The translations under genes were made by a program, and so were the position numbers. Below are positions 19,489 through 29,501 of a stretch of 64,000 nt of DNA, one piece after another (the stretch's first letter is position 1; each line of letters opens with the position of its first letter). The notes under the pieces were generated by a model. The model made no database searches. It saw nothing but the letters and a program-made list of their open reading frames with translations, and had not been told where the DNA came from. The DNA is from Elusimicrobiota bacterium (GTDB taxonomy: Bacteria; Elusimicrobiota; Elusimicrobia; UBA1565; UBA9628): the NCBI GenBank assembly GCA_016212855.1, contig JACRDP010000010.1:42954-106953 (forward strand), written 5' to 3'.

Positions 19489-21204
19489 TTAAAGGCTTTC
19501 CATTAATAGAGCCAGGCGCTGGCCGAGTTCGCGATCCGTCTTGGGGTCCAGTCGGGAGGCCAGCCACTCGGCCATGCTCCGACGCGACTTGAGAATGTAA
19601 ACCTCCTGCGTCCACGGCAGGACGTCGGCGCGGGTGAACGGGGCCGTCGCGAGGGAGTCGACGAATCGCCGTGCGTCGGACGCGGGGTCCGCGCGGCGCG
19701 GGACGCTCTCCACGCGGATCAGGCCGCCCTGCGGCACGCTGAGGGGAAACCCGGCCAGGACCGCTGCCTTCAAGGAGGGCTCGGCGAGGACGGCGCGGCC
19801 GGGATTGAGCTTTTTCCACAGCGCCCAATTCAAGGACAGCTCTCCGGCCTCATTCGCCGGGAGGACGGCCTCCGGATAGGTCCGGCGCAGACGTCTCACG
19901 TAGGGAGGAAAGGAGAACATGCTCGGCGCGAGGAAGACGCGGCCGCCGGTCTCGCGGCCGGCCAGCTCCAGGTGAAGCGTCGCGAAAATCGTGTCGTCGG
20001 CCCCGAGCACGAGGAAGTCGCCCGGGGCGGAGTCGCGAATCATCGCGCGCGTGTAGTCGAGCAGCGGGCTACGCTTCTCGAGCGAGAGCGGGCAGAGGAC
20101 CAGCGGACCGAGCAGGACGGTCGCGAGCAGAACGGCGCCGAACGCCGGCCGGATGCTCTCGAGAGCCCGGTGCGCGCCGAACCCGGCGAGGGCGAACACC
20201 GCGATCAGAGGCAGCAGATGGAAGCGCGTCGCGACCGCGCGAGCGTACTCCGGGTCGATTCCGGGCATCTGCTGGCTGCTGAAAATGAGAAAGGGAAGAA
20301 TGGCCGAAATCGCCCACATCGACCACGCGGCGAGTTCCCGATTCTGTTTTCCCCGCAGCTCCCATACCCCGGCTCCCGCCAAAGCGAGCCCCGCCGGCCC
20401 CGCGTGCGTCCATAAGGACGAGACGAACCAGCCGGCGTGTTCGGCCAGGCGAGCGAAGTCGAACGCGGTCGAGCCGAGCGGCGCCGCCGCCCCGGTCATC
20501 CGCAGCGGCCCTCCGAGCCCGGAGCGCAGGAACAGACCGGGCAGGTCGCGCCAGCCGGAGATCTCGAACAGGTTGTAAACCGGCGCGCTGCCGCTCAGGC
20601 GCAGGCCGAGCAGAGCGTACGGCGCGGCCAGGCCGGCGGCGGCGAGCGCCGCGCACTTCGCCGCGAGCGCATTCGAGGGGCGGCGCGCCGAGAGCCAGAC
20701 GGCGTAGGCCGGGAGCAGCACGACGAAGGTCGGATGATGGGACGCGCCGAGTCCGAGCACGACGGAAAAAAACGCGAGCGACCGGGGCTTGCCCGTGCGC
20801 GCCCACTCCGCCGCGCCCCACGCGGCGGCCAGCGCGAGAAGATCATTGAGCGCCCGCACCTCGGCGACGAGCGAGTAGTACCAGAAGAGCGGCGACAGAG
20901 CCATCAACGCCGCGCCGATCAGCGCGGCGGGACGCCGGATGCCGGCCGAGCGCAGCGAAAGGAACAGCACGGCCGCAGCGGCGGCGTGGAACAGCCCGGA
21001 CAGGCCGTTGGCGTCTCCGATCAATGCGGCCAACGACGACTGCAGCGGATAGCCGGGCGGATGAGGAACGATGAAGCGCAGGGCGGCGAGCGCGTGTTGG
21101 GGACTGTCGCCGACGCCGAACGAGCTCGAGCGCCCCAGCCAGAAGAGAATCGCGAATCCAGCGAACAGGACCGGGGCGTCGAGCGCCTCGCGCCACCGCC
21201 TCAT
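19489..21204 (-). CDS. DUF2723-like polytopic membrane protein (GT-C / ArnT-like glycosyltransferase family)
   Basis: 571 aa, many TM helices. Architecture typical of DUF2723/GT39-like proteins. Confidence 0.5.
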   Translation of the reverse strand: MRRWREALDAPVLFAGFAILFWLGRSSSFGVGDSPQHALAALRFIVPHPPGYPLQSSLAALIGDANGLSGLFHAAAAAVLFLSLRSAGIRRPAALIGAALMALSPLFWYYSLVAEVRALNDLLALAAAWGAAEWARTGKPRSLAFFSVVLGLGASHHPTFVVLLPAYAVWLSARRPSNALAAKCAALAAAGLAAPYALLGLRLSGSAPVYNLFEISGWRDLPGLFLRSGLGGPLRMTGAAAPLGSTAFDFARLAEHAGWFVSSLWTHAGPAGLALAGAGVWELRGKQNRELAAWSMWAISAILPFLIFSSQQMPGIDPEYARAVATRFHLLPLIAVFALAGFGAHRALESIRPAFGAVLLATVLLGPLVLCPLSLEKRSPLLDYTRAMIRDSAPGDFLVLGADDTIFATLHLELAGRETGGRVFLAPSMFSFPPYVRRLRRTYPEAVLPANEAGELSLNWALWKKLNPGRAVLAEPSLKAAVLAGFPLSVPQGGLIRVESVPRRADPASDARRFVDSLATAPFTRADVLPWTQEVYILKSRRSMAEWLASRLDPKTDRELGQRLALLMESL

Positions 21205-22319
21205 TTCTTATCGGCGTAGCGCTCGCGGAACGCCGCGCGCGCGTCGAGGAAGCGGCCGGCGCGTATGGAGGCGCGGATCTGCTTGGTCACTTCCTCCATG
21301 AAATGCAGATTGTGGTAGGACAGCAGCCGGTAGGCCGCCAGTTCTTTGCAGCGCAGGAGGTGGCCGAGATAAGCTCGCGTGTAGCGCGCGCACACGAAGC
21401 ACGTGCATTCCGGGTCGAGCGGGGTGAAGTCGCGCCGGAAGCGGGAGTTCGTCACGTTGAGCTTGCCCGAGGAGGTCATCACGTGCCCCGTGCGCGCCAC
21501 GCGCGTCGGATACACGCAGTCCATCATGTCCACGCCGCAGGCCACCGAGTCCCACAGGTCGAGCGGGGTGCCCACGCCCATCAGGTAGCGCGGCCGCTCC
21601 TCTCTCAGAAGCGCGGTCGTTTCAGTCAGCCGAGACCAGGTGGTCTCCTTGTCCTCCCCGACCATGAAGCCGCCGATGGAGATGCCGTCGGCGGGGGAGG
21701 CGTTGTGATGCTCCGCCGAGCGCTTGCGCAGGGCGGGGTGCAGGCCGCCTTGATAAAGGGGAAAGAACAGGCATTTCGAGCCGGCCGCGCGCGCCGCGGC
21801 GACCGCGGGGATCGAGCGGTCGTGCCAGCGCAAGGTCCGCTCGAGCGCCGAGGCGGCCTCGGCCTCGGAGCAGGGATAGGGCGGGCACTCGTCGAGCGTG
21901 GTCCAGGCGTCGGAGCCGAGCGCGGCCTGCACCGTGATCACCGACTCCGGCGTCAGACGATGCTTGGAGCCGTCCAGGTGGGACTTGAACGTCACTCCCT
22001 CCTCGTCGATCTCGCGCAGATCGGACAGGCTCAGCACCTGGAATCCGCCTGAGTCGGTCAAAATGAACCCGTCGTAGTCCATGAACTTATGCAGACCGCC
22101 CGCGGCCTTGACGACCTCGACGCCGGGGCGCAGGTACAGGTGATAGGAGTTGGCCAGGATCGCGTTCGCGCCGAGCTTGCGCAGGTCGTCGGAGTCGAGC
22201 GCCTTGACGCTGGCCTGGGTGCCCACGGGCATGAACACCGGCGTCTCGACCTTCCCGTGCGGGGTGTCGAGCGTGCCCGAGCGGGCGAGTCCGTCTTTGG
22301 AGTGGATCGTGAAGGTCAT
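21201..22319 (-). CDS. tgt: queuine tRNA-ribosyltransferase
   Basis: TPVFMPVGTQ...zinc site CxCxxC...H near the C-terminus. Classic Tgt. Confidence 0.9.
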   Translation of the reverse strand: MTFTIHSKDGLARSGTLDTPHGKVETPVFMPVGTQASVKALDSDDLRKLGANAILANSYHLYLRPGVEVVKAAGGLHKFMDYDGFILTDSGGFQVLSLSDLREIDEEGVTFKSHLDGSKHRLTPESVITVQAALGSDAWTTLDECPPYPCSEAEAASALERTLRWHDRSIPAVAAARAAGSKCLFFPLYQGGLHPALRKRSAEHHNASPADGISIGGFMVGEDKETTWSRLTETTALLREERPRYLMGVGTPLDLWDSVACGVDMMDCVYPTRVARTGHVMTSSGKLNVTNSRFRRDFTPLDPECTCFVCARYTRAYLGHLLRCKELAAYRLLSYHNLHFMEEVTKQIRASIRAGRFLDARAAFRERYADKK

Positions 22320-22342
22320 CAGCTGAATTTTAGCTTTTAGTT

Positions 22343-22417
22343 GGTGTCAGGCTTTCGGTTTTAACTTTCGACTCCAGGCTGATTCGACGCGAAAGTTAAA
22401 ACCGAAAGCCTGACACC
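22343..22417. repeat. perfect 28-bp inverted repeat with 19-nt spacer in the queA-tgt intergenic region
   Basis: GGTGTCAGGCTTTCGGTTTTAACTTTCG ... CGAAAGTTAAAACCGAAAGCCTGACACC. AT-rich relative to the genome. Confidence 0.8.
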
Positions 22418-22423
22418 TCCTGG

Positions 22424-23452
22424 TCACAGCACCAGGGTCGCGTCGCCGAAGGAGTAGAGGCGGTAGCCCATGGTCACGGCCTCTCGATACGCGGCGAGTA
22501 GGCGCTCGCGACCGGCGAAGGCGCTGGCGAGCAGCAGCGGCGTCGAGCGCGGCAGGTGGAAGTTCGTGATCAGCGCGTCGATGGCGCGGAACTCGAAGCC
22601 GGGGGTGATGTAGAGCGTGCTTTCGCCGGTCCCGGACCCGAAGCCCTCGGGCCGCCGGGCCAAGGTCTCCAGCGTGCGCGTCGTCGTGGTGCCGACGGAG
22701 ACGACGAGGCCGCCGTTCGCGCGCGCGACGGCGATGGTCTCGGCCTCGGCCTTCTCGACTTCGTAAGTCTCGCCCAGCATCTTGTGCAAAGAGGCGTCTT
22801 CGCTCGTGATCGGTCGGAAGGTGCCGCGGCCGACGTGCAAGGTCACGTAGGCGATCTTGACGCCTTGGGCTTTGAGCTTCTCGAGAAGCTCGGGCGTGAA
22901 ATGCATGCCCGCGGTCGGCGCGGCGATGGAGCCGTCGTCGCGCGCGTACACGGTCTGATAGCGCGCGGCGTCCTCTCTCGTGGCCGGGCGCTTCTTGGCG
23001 ATGTAGGGGGGAAGCGGCGGCAGGCCGTGCTCAGCGAGATACGGGCGCAAGTCCTTCGTCGCGAACTCGAGCTTATACTCGCCCTCTTCGGTGAGCCCTC
23101 CGACCGTCGCTTTCATGCCGCCGTCGAACTCGAGCGTTTGGCCGGCCTTGAAACCCGAGGCCAGAGCCGTCCAGGCATTCGGCGCCGTTTCGCGCACCAG
23201 CAGGAGGTCGGCCTTGCCGCCGGTCGATTTTTTCCCGAGCAGGCGGCAGGGAAGGACCTTCGTGCGGTTGACGACGACGCAGTCGCCCGCGTCGAGAAAG
23301 CGCGGCAGGTCCCGGAACACCGCGTGCTCCAGGCGGCCGCTCGCGCGGTCGAGGACCATCAATCGGGCGGAGTCGCGCGGCTCGGCGGCCGACGAGGCGA
23401 TCTGCGACTCGGGATACTCGAAGTCGTAATCCGAGAGGGGAAGCGGGCTCAC
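22424..23452 (-). CDS. queA: S-adenosylmethionine:tRNA ribosyltransferase-isomerase
   Basis: DYDFEYPESQIA...VVVNRTKV QueA N-terminus and body. Confidence 0.9.
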   Translation of the reverse strand: MSPLPLSDYDFEYPESQIASSAAEPRDSARLMVLDRASGRLEHAVFRDLPRFLDAGDCVVVNRTKVLPCRLLGKKSTGGKADLLLVRETAPNAWTALASGFKAGQTLEFDGGMKATVGGLTEEGEYKLEFATKDLRPYLAEHGLPPLPPYIAKKRPATREDAARYQTVYARDDGSIAAPTAGMHFTPELLEKLKAQGVKIAYVTLHVGRGTFRPITSEDASLHKMLGETYEVEKAEAETIAVARANGGLVVSVGTTTTRTLETLARRPEGFGSGTGESTLYITPGFEFRAIDALITNFHLPRSTPLLLASAFAGRERLLAAYREAVTMGYRLYSFGDATLVL

Positions 23453-24564
23453 TCGTCGACCTCAGAGAGCTCGGAGCCGGGGAAGTAGAACTTGAGAATC
23501 TGCCCGTAGGCCCGGCCCTTCTCCGCCTGCAGGCGCGCGCCCCACTGACACAGGCCGACGCCGTGGCCGGAGCCGGCGCCCAGGAACTCGACGCCCTTCT
23601 TCAGCACGTTGACGCTCTTGATGCGCACGCTCTTCATCTCGCCGGCGCCGAGCGAGCCGCGCAGCTCGGACGCCTTGACGTCGACGGTGTCCCCGCCGCT
23701 TTTGACGAGAAAGCTGCGCACGTAGCCGGCTCCGTCGCGTGCGCCGATGCGGATATTCTTGAGCGCGCCGGTGAGCATGCGCTTCTCGGAGATCGCCGCG
23801 GTCAGTTCGGCCCAGGCGAAGTAGGCCGTCCACTTCATGTGCGGCGAGGCGGCGCACCAGGGATCGCGGACGCCTTTGAGCGGCCGCGGGATGTCGCCGT
23901 CATTGCCCCACGCGGCGCCGGCGTCGGTCGTGGCGCCTCCGCAGCAGGCGTGGTAGTACACGCGCAGGAGCTTGCCCTTCCAGCCCAGCACCTCGCCCCG
24001 CGTCTGGCGCACGGCCGCGCGCACGTTCTCGTTGACGCCGGTGAGCCCCTTGTACACCTGCGAGCGCGTGTCCGCGGTCAGGTCGAAGCCGTCCTTGCGG
24101 AACTTGCCCATGTTCGCGTAGGTGAACGTGCGCGCGACGACCGCCTGCGCCTTGAGCGCCTCGAGCGGCCAGCCCGGGTCCATCTCGTGCGGCAGCACGC
24201 CCTCGAGGTACTGCTCGACGTCCGCCTCCTCGACGACGGTCACGGTCTGGCCCGGGTCCAGCCGCAGGATCAAGGTCCCGCGATAGAAATTGGAGCCGAC
24301 CTTGATGCGGGAGCCGTCGGCCTGAATGAGCCGCGTCTCGGTGCGCAGGCGCATATCCGCCATGCGAAGGCCGCCTTCTCGCGGCCGGAGAGTGAGCTCG
24401 CCCTTCCATTCGAGCGGCTTGACCTTGGCGCCTGGAGTCTCGATCAGGACCTTCCCCTCGGGGACGATCGTCACCGAGCCTGCCTGGCGCACGATCGCGA
24501 CCTGGACGGTCGAGGCTTGGGCCGCAAGAGCGGCCCCGAAGACGAGGACCGCCGCGCGGATCAC
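23449..24564 (-). CDS. SpoIID/LytB domain protein
   Basis: Signal peptide. [12 protein letters not shown] SpoIID signature. Confidence 0.8.
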   Translation of the reverse strand: MIRAAVLVFGAALAAQASTVQVAIVRQAGSVTIVPEGKVLIETPGAKVKPLEWKGELTLRPREGGLRMADMRLRTETRLIQADGSRIKVGSNFYRGTLILRLDPGQTVTVVEEADVEQYLEGVLPHEMDPGWPLEALKAQAVVARTFTYANMGKFRKDGFDLTADTRSQVYKGLTGVNENVRAAVRQTRGEVLGWKGKLLRVYYHACCGGATTDAGAAWGNDGDIPRPLKGVRDPWCAASPHMKWTAYFAWAELTAAISEKRMLTGALKNIRIGARDGAGYVRSFLVKSGGDTVDVKASELRGSLGAGEMKSVRIKSVNVLKKGVEFLGAGSGHGVGLCQWGARLQAEKGRAYGQILKFYFPGSELSEVDE

Positions 24565-25589
24565 AGCAGGTCGAGCGCTCGGCGCGGCGCCTTGAGGCCC
24601 AGGTGCGCGTAAGCCTTGGGCGTGGCCGTGCGCCCGCGCGGCGTGCGGGCGAGGAAGCCGGCCTGGATCAGGAACGGCTCGACGACGTCGGTCACGGTGT
24701 CGAGCTCCTCGCTGACGGCGATGGCCAGGTTTTCGACTCCGACGGGGCCGCCGTCGAACTTTTCGATCACGGCCTTGAGCAGGCGCCGGTCCATCGGGTC
24801 CAAGCCTTCGGCGTCGACCTCGAGCTTGGCCAGCGCGTGGCGCGCGACGTCGCCGGTGATCTTGCCGTCGCCGTCGACCTGGGCGAAATCCCGAACGCGG
24901 CGAAGCAGACGGTTGGCGATGCGAGGGGTCCCGCGGCAGCGTCGTGCGATCTCGTCCGCGCCGTCGTTATCGGTCGGGATGTTCAGGAGACCGGATGATC
25001 TGAGGACTATTCTGCGCAGTTCTTCCGGGCCGTAGAAACCGAGCTGAGCCACGATGCCGAAGCGATCTCGGAGAGGTCCGGTCAAAAGACCGGACCTCGT
25101 GGTGGCGCCCACGAGCGTGAACTTCGGCACGGCCAATTTGAGCGTGCTCGAGGCGGGGCCCTTCCCGGTCGAGATAAAGAACGTGTAATCCTCCATCACC
25201 GGGTACAGCGCCTCCTCGACGACCGCGTTGAGGCGGTGGATCTCGTCGATGAAGAAGACATCTCCCTCGGAGATGTCGGTGAGCAAGGCCGCGAGGTCGC
25301 CGACGCGCGCCAGGATCGGCCCGGAGGCGGTGCGCAGGTTGACGCCCATCTCTTTCGCCAAAATATTGGCGAGCGTCGTTTTCCCTAATCCGGGCGGGGC
25401 GTAGAACAGGCAATGGTCGAGGGGCTCGCTCCGCTTCTTGGCGGCCTTGATGAAGACCTTAAGGTTTTCCTTCAGCGAGTCCTGGCCGATGAATTCCTCG
25501 AGCGTCCGCGGCCGCAACGCGCGGTCGGCCGTCCCGTCTTCGCTTCGTTCAGCCGGGTTTAATACCGATTCATCCTTGGATTTAGGCAT
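24561..25589 (-). CDS. ruvB: Holliday junction branch migration helicase RuvB
   Basis: AAA+ Walker [12 protein letters not shown]. RuvB C-terminal winged helix. Confidence 0.9.
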   Translation of the reverse strand: MPKSKDESVLNPAERSEDGTADRALRPRTLEEFIGQDSLKENLKVFIKAAKKRSEPLDHCLFYAPPGLGKTTLANILAKEMGVNLRTASGPILARVGDLAALLTDISEGDVFFIDEIHRLNAVVEEALYPVMEDYTFFISTGKGPASSTLKLAVPKFTLVGATTRSGLLTGPLRDRFGIVAQLGFYGPEELRRIVLRSSGLLNIPTDNDGADEIARRCRGTPRIANRLLRRVRDFAQVDGDGKITGDVARHALAKLEVDAEGLDPMDRRLLKAVIEKFDGGPVGVENLAIAVSEELDTVTDVVEPFLIQAGFLARTPRGRTATPKAYAHLGLKAPRRALDLL

Positions 25590-26212
25590 CAGATCCTCTT
25601 CAGGGCTTCCCGGACGAGCTGTTCCGTCGGAACGTCCTTGCCGCCGTGAACCTCGGCCAGCGACTGCAGCGCCGCGCGGGCGTCGCCGAATTTATAGCCG
25701 AGCGCCTCGAGCGCGTTGAGCGCCTGGCCCCAGGAGCCGGTCGCGGGCATCGAGTCCGCGGCCTTCTGGAAATGGGGCGAGCCGGCGACGCGCACGTCCT
25801 CGAGCTTCTCCTTCAAGGCGTCGACGATCTTCGTCGCCGTCTTCTTGGTGAAACCGAACACGCCGCACAGGAGTTTTTCGTCGCGGTCGATCACGGCGCG
25901 GCGGAAATCGGGGAGGGACTTCGAGGCCTTGTCGAGAAACTCCAGCGCCTTCTTCGCGCCGGTTCCCGGAATCTCGTCGCGGAAGGCGCGGAACATCGCC
26001 TTTTCCGACGAGGACAGGAAGCCGTACAAGGTCTCGCCGCCGCCGTACATCGCGTAGGAGGAATCGATGAACAGCAACGCTTCGCCGCCGGGGGCGGGCA
26101 GCCGTGAGGACGTCGCGGACGTCACGTGGATCTCATGGCCGACGCCGCCGACTTCGAGAACCAGGGATTCGAGGTCCTTCGAGAGGACGGTCCCGCGCAG
26201 CGACGCGATCAT
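25589..26212 (-). CDS. ruvA: Holliday junction DNA-binding protein RuvA
   Basis: Start MIASLRGTV. HhH motifs (GIGKKTA-like TGAKKALE...KTATKIV). Upstream R/G-rich extension of the called ORF is rejected. Confidence 0.85.
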   Translation of the reverse strand: MIASLRGTVLSKDLESLVLEVGGVGHEIHVTSATSSRLPAPGGEALLFIDSSYAMYGGGETLYGFLSSSEKAMFRAFRDEIPGTGAKKALEFLDKASKSLPDFRRAVIDRDEKLLCGVFGFTKKTATKIVDALKEKLEDVRVAGSPHFQKAADSMPATGSWGQALNALEALGYKFGDARAALQSLAEVHGGKDVPTEQLVREALKRI

Positions 26213-26718
26213 TTCTTGGCTCCCCAGGAGTCGAGCACGCGCAGGCCCTTGCCGCGTCCCGTGCGCAAGTGGCACAGCGCGATCGCCGCCGCGTCCGCCA
26301 CGTCGTTCGGGCGCAGCTTGTCGGCCAGGCCCAGGGCCTTCTGCACGACGGTCTGCATCTGCGCCTTCTCCGCGCTGCCCGAGCCCGTCAGAGAGAGCTT
26401 GACCGTCTTCGGGTTGTACTCGGTCACGCCGTGGCCGGCCTGCGCCATCGCGAGCAAAGCGACGCCGCGCGCCTGCAAAGTCGAGCGCACCGTCGTGGCG
26501 ATCGTCGTGAAGAACATCTCCTCCATCGCGCAAGACTTGATGTTGTGGCCGAGCAACACGGCCTCGAGCTCGGCGTGGATCGCCTTCAGGCGTTCGGGGA
26601 GGGGAACTCCCGGCAACGTGCGAATGACCCCGGAAGCGACCAGGCGGGGAGACGAGGGCGCGCCGTCAAGGACGGCCCAGCCGGTCTCGTGCAGCCCGGG
26701 GTCGATGCCGAGGATCAT
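26209..26718 (-). CDS. ruvC: crossover junction endodeoxyribonuclease RuvC
   Basis: MILGIDPGLHETGWAV...RuvC catalytic Asp/Glu pattern, 169 aa. Internal start within a longer called ORF. Confidence 0.85.
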   Translation of the reverse strand: MILGIDPGLHETGWAVLDGAPSSPRLVASGVIRTLPGVPLPERLKAIHAELEAVLLGHNIKSCAMEEMFFTTIATTVRSTLQARGVALLAMAQAGHGVTEYNPKTVKLSLTGSGSAEKAQMQTVVQKALGLADKLRPNDVADAAAIALCHLRTGRGKGLRVLDSWGAKK

Positions 26719-27476
26719 TACGCGGCCGCGGCCATCTTCTCCATCACGGCGTCGGAGATGTCGAAGTTCGCGTAGACGTTTTTCACGTCGTCGAGGGCCT
26801 CGAGCAGCTCGATGAGCTTGAGCACCTGCGGCGCGTGTTTCTCGTCCACCGAGATCAGGTTGTCGGGAATCATCGTGGCTTCCGCGGTCGCCGGCGTGAT
26901 CTTCTTCGCGATGAGGCCGTCCTTCACCTTGACGAGATCGTTGGGCGCGGTGTAAATCTCGAAGATGTCGCCGTCCACCTTGAAGTCCTCGGCGCCGAGG
27001 TCGAGCGCCGCGCCCATCACGTCGTCCTCGGAGGGGTTGCCCTCCTTGTTGACGGTGATAAGGCCCTTGGCCTTGAACATCCAAGCCACCGAGTTCGGCG
27101 CGCCGAAGGAGCCGCCGTTCTTGGAGAGAATCGTGTGGAGGTCTGTGCGCGTGCGGTTGCGGGAGTCCGACGTGCACTCGATGAGCATCGCCACGCCGCT
27201 GGGGCCGTAGCCCTCGTATGAGAGCTCCTCGAAAACCGCGCCTTCGATCTCGCCCGTGCCGCGCTGGATGGCGCGCTTGATCGTGTCGTTGGGCATCGAG
27301 AGGGCGCGGGCGTCCTCGATCGTCTTGCGCAGGCGCGGGTTGGCGGTGTGGTCGCCGCCGCCGAGCTTGGCCGCGATGGTGAGCTCGCGCGAGAGCTTCG
27401 TCCACGCCTTGCCGCGCTTGGCGTCCGCCGCACCCTTCTTGTGCTTGATGTTCGCCCAGTGTGAATGCCCGCCCAT
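26718..27476 (-). CDS. yebC: YebC/PmpR family DNA-binding transcriptional regulator
   Basis: MGGHSHWANIKHKK canonical YebC N-terminus. Confidence 0.85.
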   Translation of the reverse strand: MGGHSHWANIKHKKGAADAKRGKAWTKLSRELTIAAKLGGGDHTANPRLRKTIEDARALSMPNDTIKRAIQRGTGEIEGAVFEELSYEGYGPSGVAMLIECTSDSRNRTRTDLHTILSKNGGSFGAPNSVAWMFKAKGLITVNKEGNPSEDDVMGAALDLGAEDFKVDGDIFEIYTAPNDLVKVKDGLIAKKITPATAEATMIPDNLISVDEKHAPQVLKLIELLEALDDVKNVYANFDISDAVMEKMAAAA

Positions 27477-27528
27477 AGCCGTTGCCTCCCGTGAAAACGC
27501 GTCTGCAAATGATACCAACTTTAGCTAC

Positions 27529-28206
27529 AATCCATTCATTCTCTCAGAAACGGAACTGACTGTCTGCCGCCAGATTATCGAGACCTGCCGCGATCTCGAG
27601 AAGCGCGGCCTCAACCAGGGCTCCTCCGGCAACGTCAGCGCGCGCATGGGCGAGGACTGCTTCATCACGCCCACGGCCATGCCCTACAACGTCATGCAGC
27701 CCGAGGACATCGTGCGCCTGCGCTCCGACGGGACTCACACCGGACGGCGCGAGCCCTCGAGCGAGTGGCGTTTCCACGCCGACATCTACCGCAAGCGCCC
27801 CGACGTCGGGGCGATCATCCATACGCACAGCGGCTTCTCCACGACGCTCGCCTGCCTCCGGCGTGAAATCCCGGCGTTTCATTACATGATCGCGCTCTTC
27901 GGGGGGAACAACATCCGCTGCTGCGAGTACGCGACCTACGGCACCCAGGCGCTGTCCGACCACCTGCTCCGCGCCCTCGAGGACCGCAACGCCGCTCTGA
28001 TGGGCAGCCACGGCCTGGTCGTGCTGGGCCCGAACGTCGCGCGCACCATGGCCCTGACCATCGAGGCGGAGACCTTGGCCATGATGTACTGGCGCGCCGT
28101 GCAGATGGGCCAGCCCCGCCTCCTCTCCGACCCCGAGATCGCCCGGGTGAAGGAGAAGTTCGCCAAATACGGCTACAGCCGCGACGTCCAGCCCCACGAG
28201 GATTAG
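27529..28206 (+). CDS. class II aldolase/adducin family protein (fuculose-phosphate aldolase-like)
   Basis: GSSGNVSARM...IIHTHS...metal-binding His pattern of class II aldolases. No canonical in-frame start near the expected N-terminus, so the start coordinate is provisional. Confidence 0.65.
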   Translation, partial: NPFILSETELTVCRQIIETCRDLEKRGLNQGSSGNVSARMGEDCFITPTAMPYNVMQPEDIVRLRSDGTHTGRREPSSEWRFHADIYRKRPDVGAIIHTHSGFSTTLACLRREIPAFHYMIALFGGNNIRCCEYATYGTQALSDHLLRALEDRNAALMGSHGLVVLGPNVARTMALTIEAETLAMMYWRAVQMGQPRLLSDPEIARVKEKFAKYGYSRDVQPHED

Positions 28207-28207
28207 G

Positions 28208-28234
28208 CCCTCCCCTGGCGGGGGGAGCGTTTAT
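28208..28234 (+). terminator. terminator-like hairpin after the aldolase gene
   Basis: CTCCCC-TGGC-GGGGAG stem then GTTTATGT. Weak. Confidence 0.3.
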
Positions 28235-28254
28235 GTCCTAAACTTCTGCGAGTG

Positions 28255-28327
28255 GGTCCGTAGCTCAACGGATAGAGTACTTGGCTTCGAACCAAGTGAT
28301 CCGGGTTCGATTCCTGGCGGGCCCACC
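28255..28327 (+). tRNA. tRNA-Arg (anticodon UCG)
   Basis: Hand-folded cloverleaf. Acceptor GGGTCCG/CGGGCCC. D-stem GCTC/GAGT. Anticodon stem CTTGG/CCAAG with loop CTTCGAA. T-arm CCGGG-TTCGATT-CCTGG. Encoded CCA. Confidence 0.75.
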
Positions 28328-28355
28328 AAATTTAGCCTCAAAATAGCCCCCCGCG

Positions 28356-29501
28356 TTGAAATATTACCGTAACGCTTCCCTGATAACATCCTGGGGCATG
28401 CTTCTGCTCGCCGCCGCCCCGGCGTTTTTGCCCCTGTCCGCCTCGGCCAAGCCGGCCGTCGTCGTCAAGTCCACCGCGGCGGCCAGAGCGGAACTCGGCC
28501 GGGAAGCCGTGGCGCTCCTGTCTGAATCGGGCGCCGACCCAGATTCCGAGGTCCGGGCCGCGGTCGCCAACGCCTGGGGCCTTCTCGCCAACCGCGCCGC
28601 GGTGCCCTTTCTCAAGAAGGCGATTTCCGACGCCAACCCCGACGTGAGGATCGCCGCCGCCGCGGGCCTTTATAAGCTGGGCGAGGTGGACGGGCTGACC
28701 AATCTCATCGATGAGACCAAGACCTTGGGCGGCGCGCCGCCGACCACGCCCGCGCAGGAGCTCAGACGCATGGCGCGCGACGCCGCGCGCGCGCGGGCCG
28801 TGCTCAAGCTCGGCGAGGTCGCCGGCGAAAACGTGCGCGCGTCCTTGCTGGCCGCGCACAAAGACCCGCAGGGGGAAGTGCGCGACGCCGCCGCGATCGC
28901 CCTCGCTCGCCTCGGAGACCCGACCGCCGGTCCTTTTCTTTCCGCCATATCCGACTCCGACGACGCCGTGCGCGCTTCCGCCGCCCATTCGCTGGGCTTG
29001 ATCGGACGCGAGGGGCGCGACCTCCTGGCCAAGATGGCGTCGAGCGACGCCAACGCGTCAGCGCGCGCCGAGGCCTGCGCGGCTTTGGGCTCGTTCAGCG
29101 ATCCCGACTCGGCGGGGGTCCTCTCCGCCGCGCTCAAGGACAAGAGCGGCCGCGTGCGCCTCGCGGCGGCACGCGCGCTGGGGCGGCGCGCCGAGCCCGA
29201 GTCCACCGCGGCCCTCAAGGCTTTGCTCGAGAAGTCGCCGCCGCCAGAGCTGTCTTTGATCGCTCAATCGGGCCTGGCGGAGCGCGGCGAAGACGTCGAT
29301 CTGGGCCTCGCCGACCTGACGCTCGGCCAGGGCGACCCCGAACTGAAGAGCCTCGCCATCCGCGTGCTCGGCCCCGTCCGGCGCCCCGAAGCGATCGCCC
29401 TTTTGGCCAAGGCGATGCGCGGCGACGCCTCGCGCCGCGTGCGCGTCGAGGCCGCGGCGGCGATCATCGTGCGCCTGCGCCGCATCGAGGCCCCGCGTTG
29501 A
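28356..29501 (+). CDS. HEAT-repeat (PBS lyase-like) secreted protein
   Basis: Signal peptide. Repeated DxxVRxAAAxALG(K/R)LG HEAT motifs. Start is either an alternative codon near 28356 or the ATG of MLLLAAAPAF. Confidence 0.65.
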   Translation: MKYYRNASLITSWGMLLLAAAPAFLPLSASAKPAVVVKSTAAARAELGREAVALLSESGADPDSEVRAAVANAWGLLANRAAVPFLKKAISDANPDVRIAAAAGLYKLGEVDGLTNLIDETKTLGGAPPTTPAQELRRMARDAARARAVLKLGEVAGENVRASLLAAHKDPQGEVRDAAAIALARLGDPTAGPFLSAISDSDDAVRASAAHSLGLIGREGRDLLAKMASSDANASARAEACAALGSFSDPDSAGVLSAALKDKSGRVRLAAARALGRRAEPESTAALKALLEKSPPPELSLIAQSGLAERGEDVDLGLADLTLGQGDPELKSLAIRVLGPVRRPEAIALLAKAMRGDASRRVRVEAAAAIIVRLRRIEAPR

